A stretch of 64,000 nucleotides of DNA from assembly GCA_031431295.1 (NCBI GenBank), contig JANPDD010000153.1, forward strand, positions 8,151 to 72,150, given 5' to 3'. The notes beneath the pieces are model-generated. The model was not told where the DNA came from. It did no database searches and was given only the letters and a program-made list of their open reading frames with translations. This DNA is from Hyphomicrobiales bacterium. Lineage in GTDB: Bacteria > Pseudomonadota > Alphaproteobacteria > Rhizobiales > Aestuariivirgaceae. Made by a program: the position numbers and the translations under genes. Below, in pieces: positions 59,200 to 64,000 of this stretch (positions are counted from its first letter, which is position 1; each line of letters opens with the position of its first letter).

Positions 59200-60093
59200 A
59201 TGAGACCCGGACAGAACAACAACTACAAGAACCGCAACCGCAACCGCAACCGCCGCCACACTGGCAGTGGTGGAGGAAGCGGAAATAATGGTGGCAATCC
59301 CAATAACCGGGTGCTGGATTCAAACGGCCCCGACGTCAAACTGCGCGGCACGCCACAAACCATTGCCGAGAAATACATGCAGCTGGCGCGCGATGCTCAT
59401 ACCTCCGGCGACCGGGTGATGGCGGAAAGCTATTACCAGCATGCCGACCACTATTATCGCCTGTGGCTGGCGGCCCAGCCAGTGGGTCAGCCCATCCAGT
59501 TCTTGCGCCGCAGCGAGGAAGACCTGGAAGACGGTGAAGGCCAGGAGAGCGATGAGGAAGGTCCTGTCGAAGCAGGCGGAACAGAAGCGCCTGAGGCTGC
59601 AGAGGGCGGTGCCGCGCCGGAGAGAACCACTGAAGCTGAAGGCGAGCCCGGCGAAGATGGATACCAGAACCGTACCCAACGGCCGCGTGAACCCCGTGAC
59701 CAGAACGGGGGTGGCCGTGAGCGCAATCGCAGCAACCGCTGGCCGCGCCGCAATGATCGCGACAGTGGCAGTGGCAATCGTGAGGGCAATGCCGTTGAGG
59801 CACCAGAGGCGACAGACGCCAGCCAGGGTGAAGGCACCCCAGCGCCTGAAGTGCAATCGCGCGGGGAGCGTTCTGAACGGCCCCCGCGGCGCGAACGCAA
59901 TGATCCCGCTGCAGGCGATGACCGGGGTGACTGGGAAGCCCCGTCGTTTCTGAAGCGTCCTGTGCCAGTGACAGCTGTGGATGCTGCAAATGAGGGCGAA
60001 GCTGCCCCGAGCGAGCGAAAGCCCCGCGGCCGCCGCCCACGCTGGGGTGAGGACGTCGTCTCCGCCAACGAGCCGACATCGGGCGAAGAATAG
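59200..60093 (+). CDS. DUF4167 domain protein (low-complexity R/N/E-rich)
   Basis: 297 aa. VLDSNGPDVKLRGTPQTIAEKYMQLARDAHTSGDRVMAESYYQHADHYYR is the DUF4167 core. Conserved position between prmC and clpB. Confidence 0.8.
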   Translation: MRPGQNNNYKNRNRNRNRRHTGSGGGSGNNGGNPNNRVLDSNGPDVKLRGTPQTIAEKYMQLARDAHTSGDRVMAESYYQHADHYYRLWLAAQPVGQPIQFLRRSEEDLEDGEGQESDEEGPVEAGGTEAPEAAEGGAAPERTTEAEGEPGEDGYQNRTQRPREPRDQNGGGRERNRSNRWPRRNDRDSGSGNREGNAVEAPEATDASQGEGTPAPEVQSRGERSERPPRRERNDPAAGDDRGDWEAPSFLKRPVPVTAVDAANEGEAAPSERKPRGRRPRWGEDVVSANEPTSGEE

Positions 60094-60191
60094 CACTTCG
60101 ACATTCTCGAAAGGGCAACCGGCCTCTTGCCGGTCGGAAACCGCCTCCCCATATCCCTGTCATTCAAGAGCAACGGGCGAGCAAGTGGAAT

Positions 60192-60262
60192 CACTTGCGA
60201 AGCGAAAGTTGCTCCAGATTCAATATGCTACTGCAACCTGCGTTCAATTGAACGCGAGTTGC
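60192..60262 (+). repeat. Conserved intergenic element, copy B (clpB upstream region)
   Basis: cacttgcgaagcgaaagttgctccagattcaatatgctactgcaac...ttcaattgaacgc; see copy A. Confidence 0.75.
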
Positions 60263-60383
60263 TGTAGGGGGGTAATGCAGCCATGCCCAAACGGGGTGGC
60301 ACCGCACGCCTGCAACTCTAAACCCATGACGGCGTTTGCCGGGGGCCTTCGGGACCCGCTGGACGTGCCGAGGCGAGGATGAG

Positions 60384-63002
60384 ATGGATTTTGAAAAATA
60401 CACCGAGCGTTCGCGCGGCTTTATCCAGTCGGCGCAAGCCCTCGCGTTGCGCGAAAGCCACCAGCGCTTTTCGCCGGAGCATGTGCTCAAGGTGCTGCTG
60501 GACGATGCGGAAGGACTTGCCGCAGGTCTCATCAATGCCGCAGGCGGTGATTCCCGCCAGGCCCTCAAAGGGGCAGAGGCCGCCCTTTCCAAAATGCCAA
60601 AGGTTTCGGGTGGCGGTGCCGGACAGGTCTTTCTGGCACCTGAGATGGCAAGGGTCTTTGAGGCCGCCCAAAAGATTGCAGACAAGGCCGGCGATTCATA
60701 CGTGACGGCCGAACGGCTGCTGCAGGCCCTTGCCTTGGAGCAGAGCGAAGCTGCGAAAATCCTGAAGTCTGCGGGGGTGACGGCGCAGGGCCTCAACACC
60801 GCCATCAATGCCATCCGCAAGGGCCGCAACGCAGATACCGCGTCTGCCGAACAGGGCTATGACGCGCTCAAAAAATATTCCCGCGATCTCACGGAAGCCG
60901 CGCAAGCAGGCAAGCTTGATCCGGTCATTGGCAGGGATGAGGAAATCCGCCGCGCCATTCAAGTCCTGTCACGGCGCACCAAAAACAATCCCGTGCTCAT
61001 TGGCGAACCGGGTGTCGGCAAGACGGCCATTGCCGAAGGCCTGGCGCTGCGCATCATCAAGGGCGATGTGCCTGAGAGCCTGAAAGACAAGAAGCTGATG
61101 GCGCTCGACATGGGGGCCATCATCGCGGGGGCCAAGTATCGCGGTGAATTCGAAGAACGGTTGAAGGCCGTGCTGTCGGAGGTGACAGCGGCTGACGGTG
61201 GAATCATCCTGTTCATCGATGAAATGCACACGCTTGTTGGCGCTGGCAAGTCAGAAGGGGCCATGGACGCTTCAAACTTGTTGAAGCCCGCCCTGGCGCG
61301 GGGTGAACTGCATTGTGTGGGTGCGACGACGCTGGACGAGTATCGCAAGCACGTGGAAAAGGATGCCGCCTTGGCACGGCGCTTCCAGCCGGTGTTCGTG
61401 AACGAGCCCACAGTTGAAGACACGATTTCCATTCTGCGTGGCATCAAGGAAAAATACGAGCTGCATCACGGTGTCAGGATTTCCGACGCGGCCATTGTTG
61501 CGGCGGCCACATTGTCGAACCGCTACATCTCGGACCGCTTCCTGCCCGACAAGGCCATCGACCTGATGGATGAAGCAGGCTCGCGGCTGCGCATGCAGGT
61601 CGATTCGAAGCCGGAAGAACTGGACGAGACTGACCGCCGCATCATGCAGTTGCAGATCGAGCGCGAGGCCTTGAAAAAGGAAACCGACAGCGCCTCCAAG
61701 GACCGCCTTTCACGGCTGGAAAAGGAGTTGGCAGAGACAGAAGAAAAGTCCGCCGCCATGACCCGCAACTGGCAGGCGGAGAAGGAAAAGCTTGCCACAG
61801 CTTCCAAACTCAAGGAGGAGCTGGAGAATGCACGCCATGAACTCGAGACTGCCCAGCGCAAGGGTGATTTTTCCCGGGCCGGCGAACTGACATATGCACG
61901 CATTCCCGAGCTCGAAAAGAAGCTTGCCGCGGCGGAGGACGCGGGCTCCTCACACATGCTGGAAGAGGCCGTGACGGCGAGCCACGTTGCCCAGGTTGTT
62001 TCGCGCTGGACCGGCATTCCCGTCGACAAGATGCTGGAAGGCGAGCGCGAGAAGCTGCTTTCCATGGAAGATGCGCTGGCCAGGCGCGTGGTGGGGCAGG
62101 CCGATGCTGTTCAGGCGGTCGCCACTGCCGTCAGGCGCGCCCGCGCCGGCCTGCAGGATCCCAACCGGCCCATTGGGTCGTTCATGTTTCTTGGCCCCAC
62201 AGGTGTCGGCAAGACGGAGTTGACCAAGGCGCTGGCCGCGTATCTGTTTGATGACGAACATGCCATGGTCCGGATCGACATGTCGGAATACATGGAGAAG
62301 CATGCAGTATCGCGCCTCATCGGTGCGCCTCCCGGCTATGTCGGTTATGAAGAGGGTGGCGCACTCACCGAGGCTGTGCGGCGCAGGCCCTATCAGGTTG
62401 TGCTGTTTGACGAGATCGAGAAAGCCCACCCTGACGTGTTCAACGTGTTGCTGCAGGTGCTTGATGACGGCCGCCTGACCGACGGCCAGGGCCGCACGGT
62501 TGATTTCAAGAACACGCTGATCATCATGACATCAAACCTTGGCTCCGAGCATCTGGTGAAACTGGGTGAAGATCAGGATGTCGATGTGGTGCGGGACGAT
62601 GTCATGGAGGTGGTGAAGCGCACCTTCAGGCCGGAATTCCTCAACCGGGTCGATGAGATCATCCTGTTCCACCGGCTGAAGCGGGTGCACATGGGTGCCA
62701 TCGTCGAAATCCAGATGCAGCGTCTTCTCAAATTGCTCAGTGAACGGAAGATTTCACTGACGCTCTCGGAGGCGGCGCACACCTGGCTCGCCGACAAGGG
62801 CTATGACCCGGCCTATGGGGCGCGGCCATTGAAACGGGTGATCCAGAAGTCAGTGCAGGATCCGCTGGCAGAGGCCATCCTGGCGGGCCGCGTCAGTGAT
62901 GGCGAAAACGTGGGTGTTGATGTGGTCAACGGCCAGATTGCCATCAACGGCATGGTGGGCGGTGCGCTACCCAAGGCCAGCAACGTGGTGACGCTGCATT
63001 GA
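60384..63002 (+). CDS. clpB: ATP-dependent chaperone/disaggregase ClpB
   Basis: Start at [18 protein letters not shown] within track ORF 60336-63002. Two AAA+ modules ([20 protein letters not shown]) and the coiled-coil M-domain. Confidence 0.97.
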   Translation: MDFEKYTERSRGFIQSAQALALRESHQRFSPEHVLKVLLDDAEGLAAGLINAAGGDSRQALKGAEAALSKMPKVSGGGAGQVFLAPEMARVFEAAQKIADKAGDSYVTAERLLQALALEQSEAAKILKSAGVTAQGLNTAINAIRKGRNADTASAEQGYDALKKYSRDLTEAAQAGKLDPVIGRDEEIRRAIQVLSRRTKNNPVLIGEPGVGKTAIAEGLALRIIKGDVPESLKDKKLMALDMGAIIAGAKYRGEFEERLKAVLSEVTAADGGIILFIDEMHTLVGAGKSEGAMDASNLLKPALARGELHCVGATTLDEYRKHVEKDAALARRFQPVFVNEPTVEDTISILRGIKEKYELHHGVRISDAAIVAAATLSNRYISDRFLPDKAIDLMDEAGSRLRMQVDSKPEELDETDRRIMQLQIEREALKKETDSASKDRLSRLEKELAETEEKSAAMTRNWQAEKEKLATASKLKEELENARHELETAQRKGDFSRAGELTYARIPELEKKLAAAEDAGSSHMLEEAVTASHVAQVVSRWTGIPVDKMLEGEREKLLSMEDALARRVVGQADAVQAVATAVRRARAGLQDPNRPIGSFMFLGPTGVGKTELTKALAAYLFDDEHAMVRIDMSEYMEKHAVSRLIGAPPGYVGYEEGGALTEAVRRRPYQVVLFDEIEKAHPDVFNVLLQVLDDGRLTDGQGRTVDFKNTLIIMTSNLGSEHLVKLGEDQDVDVVRDDVMEVVKRTFRPEFLNRVDEIILFHRLKRVHMGAIVEIQMQRLLKLLSERKISLTLSEAAHTWLADKGYDPAYGARPLKRVIQKSVQDPLAEAILAGRVSDGENVGVDVVNGQIAINGMVGGALPKASNVVTLH

Positions 63003-63017
63003 CGGGTTAAAGCTACG

Positions 63018-63138
63018 GCCACCCCCTCAGTCACTTCGTGACAGCTCCCCCAACAAGTTGGGAGGAGCGGGGTGTTTGTGAGTTTCCCTGCTCCCTCAGC
63101 TTTGCTGGGGGAGCTCCCCGAAGGGGTGAGGGGGTGGC
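63018..63138. repeat. Long nested GC-rich palindromic (REP-like) element after clpB
   Basis: Outer arms gccaccccctca (63018-63029) / tgagggggtggc (63127-63138). Inner arms agctccccc (63043-63051) / gggggagct (63107-63115). Confidence 0.75.
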
Positions 63139-63172
63139 TGTGACGTGTGGCTTTTCATGTTAATCACGCCGC

Positions 63173-63538
63173 ATGACCCTCGACGACTACAACACGTATT
63201 GCAAATCCCTCCCCCACACTGCCCATGTGGTGCAGTGGGGTGGGGCGCATGTGTGGAAGGTGGGCGGGCAAAAGGGCAAGGTCTTCGCGGTGTGCTGGGA
63301 CGAAGGTACCGCAGGCCTTCACATCACCTTCAAGTGTTCCGAGATGAGCTTTGACCTGTTGAAAGAGCAACCGGGTCTGCGGCCCGCACCCTATTTTGCC
63401 TCGCGTGGAATGAAGTGGATCCAACGCTTCAATGACCAGTTCATGGATGATGCGGCGCTGAATGACTACCTGCGTGAAAGCCACAGGCTTGCAGCATTGA
63501 ACCTGCCGAAAGGCGTTCGGCTGACCTTGGCATTTTGA
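63173..63538 (+). CDS. MmcQ/YjbR-family protein
   Basis: 121 aa. Start MTLDDYNTYCKSLPHTAHVVQWGGAHVWKVGGQKGKVFAV matches my recollection of the YjbR family. Confidence 0.75.
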   Translation: MTLDDYNTYCKSLPHTAHVVQWGGAHVWKVGGQKGKVFAVCWDEGTAGLHITFKCSEMSFDLLKEQPGLRPAPYFASRGMKWIQRFNDQFMDDAALNDYLRESHRLAALNLPKGVRLTLAF

Positions 63539-63552
63539 CCTACTGCCCGGTT

Positions 63553-64000
63553 CTATTGCCCGGCTTGGGCGACCTGCGTTGAGCTTGGCGCCTGCTGCAT
63601 CATGGCGAGCACGCGCTGCTTGTTGGACCGGAAGTTGCGAAGATCCTTGCCTGCCAGTTGGCGTCCGCCAGCGGCGCGGATGACGGACGGATTGACGGGC
63701 TTGTTGCTGACGCGAACCTCGTAGTGCAAGTGTGGTCCCGTGGAACGCCCGGTCGAACCCACATAGCCGATCACCTGGCCCTGGTTCACTTTTGAGCCGC
63801 TGCGGATGCCGGCGGCAAGGCGGCTCATGTGGGCATAAAGTGTTTTGTATTTCTTGCCATGTCTCAGCACGATGGTATTGCCGTAGGTGCCGTGGCGGCC
63901 CGCGAGATCAACAACTCCCGAGCCTGCGGCGCGGATCGGTGTTCCCGTGGGCGCACCAAAATCAACGCCGGTGTGCATTTTCGAGTAGCGCAGAAGCGGG
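63553..64000 (-). CDS. M23-family metallopeptidase (C-terminal part; N-terminus beyond right edge)
   Basis: HTGVDFGAPTGTPIRAAGSGVV and GYVGSTGRSTGPHLHYEV (LytM HxH motif). The reading frame stays open to the window end. Confidence 0.85.
   Translation of the reverse strand, partial: PLLRYSKMHTGVDFGAPTGTPIRAAGSGVVDLAGRHGTYGNTIVLRHGKKYKTLYAHMSRLAAGIRSGSKVNQGQVIGYVGSTGRSTGPHLHYEVRVSNKPVNPSVIRAAGGRQLAGKDLRNFRSNKQRVLAMMQQAPSSTQVAQAGQ

Noticed and set aside
60192-60237. RpoH (sigma-32) promoter for clpB inside the shared repeat
   Set aside because: A CTTG is present, but the distance to the only -10-like hexamer (CAATAT) is about 23 nt, far from the 16-17 nt expected. The same element also precedes metK, which is not a heat-shock gene.
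1-64000. CRISPR arrays, tRNA/rRNA/tmRNA genes, IS elements
   Set aside because: I scanned intergenic regions for regularly spaced direct repeats, for T-loop GTTCGAATC-like motifs, and for transposase-like ORFs, and found none. This is only an eye scan; tRNAscan, Infernal or ISfinder would be definitive.

Overview
High-GC (roughly 60%) alphaproteobacterial chromosome segment with Rhizobiales/Hyphomicrobiales-like synteny, densely packed with about 70 genes, most of them core housekeeping. Recognisable conserved blocks are lnt-HTH-metK-trmB, DUF47-PiT, rimP-nusA-ylxR-infB-rbfA-truB-rpsO-pnp, accA-xerD, aroK-aroB-corC, bolA-Jdomain-cobS-cobT, comF-grxC-nit-DUF1178, ubiG-lysC-ptsP and prfA-prmC-DUF4167-clpB. 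A putative guanidino/arginine catabolic cluster sits near the left end. I recognised no rRNA, tRNA, CRISPR array, transposase, or integrase other than housekeeping xerD. The unusual material is in small accessory islets. (1) Directly after pnp, the pnp 3' end plus a terminator occurs three times and brackets two toxin-antitoxin cassettes (higBA, and stbD/relE with a nonsense-inactivated toxin). These are followed by an orphan zinc-ribbon membrane protein and a third TA pair with a frameshifted toxin. (2) A low-GC islet between a NUDIX gene and rimP carries a 2-gene operon (small Cys/His protein plus a DUF3883 PD-(D/E)xK-like nuclease protein) and a small convergent membrane ORF. (3) A parDE module is wedged between DUF1178 and ubiG. 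Other observations: a ~46-75 nt conserved intergenic element in three copies (upstream of metK, upstream of clpB, and in the aas/HAD spacer); a strong intrinsic terminator immediately upstream of rimP; a HAD hydrolase with an in-frame TAA; an Flp pilin gene shorter than the 60-aa minimum seen in the ORF track; and GC-rich palindromic REP-like elements. Many long ORFs in the track are antisense or out-of-frame shadows typical of high-GC DNA and were not called. All calls rest on reading the translations and sequence by eye; no database search was run.
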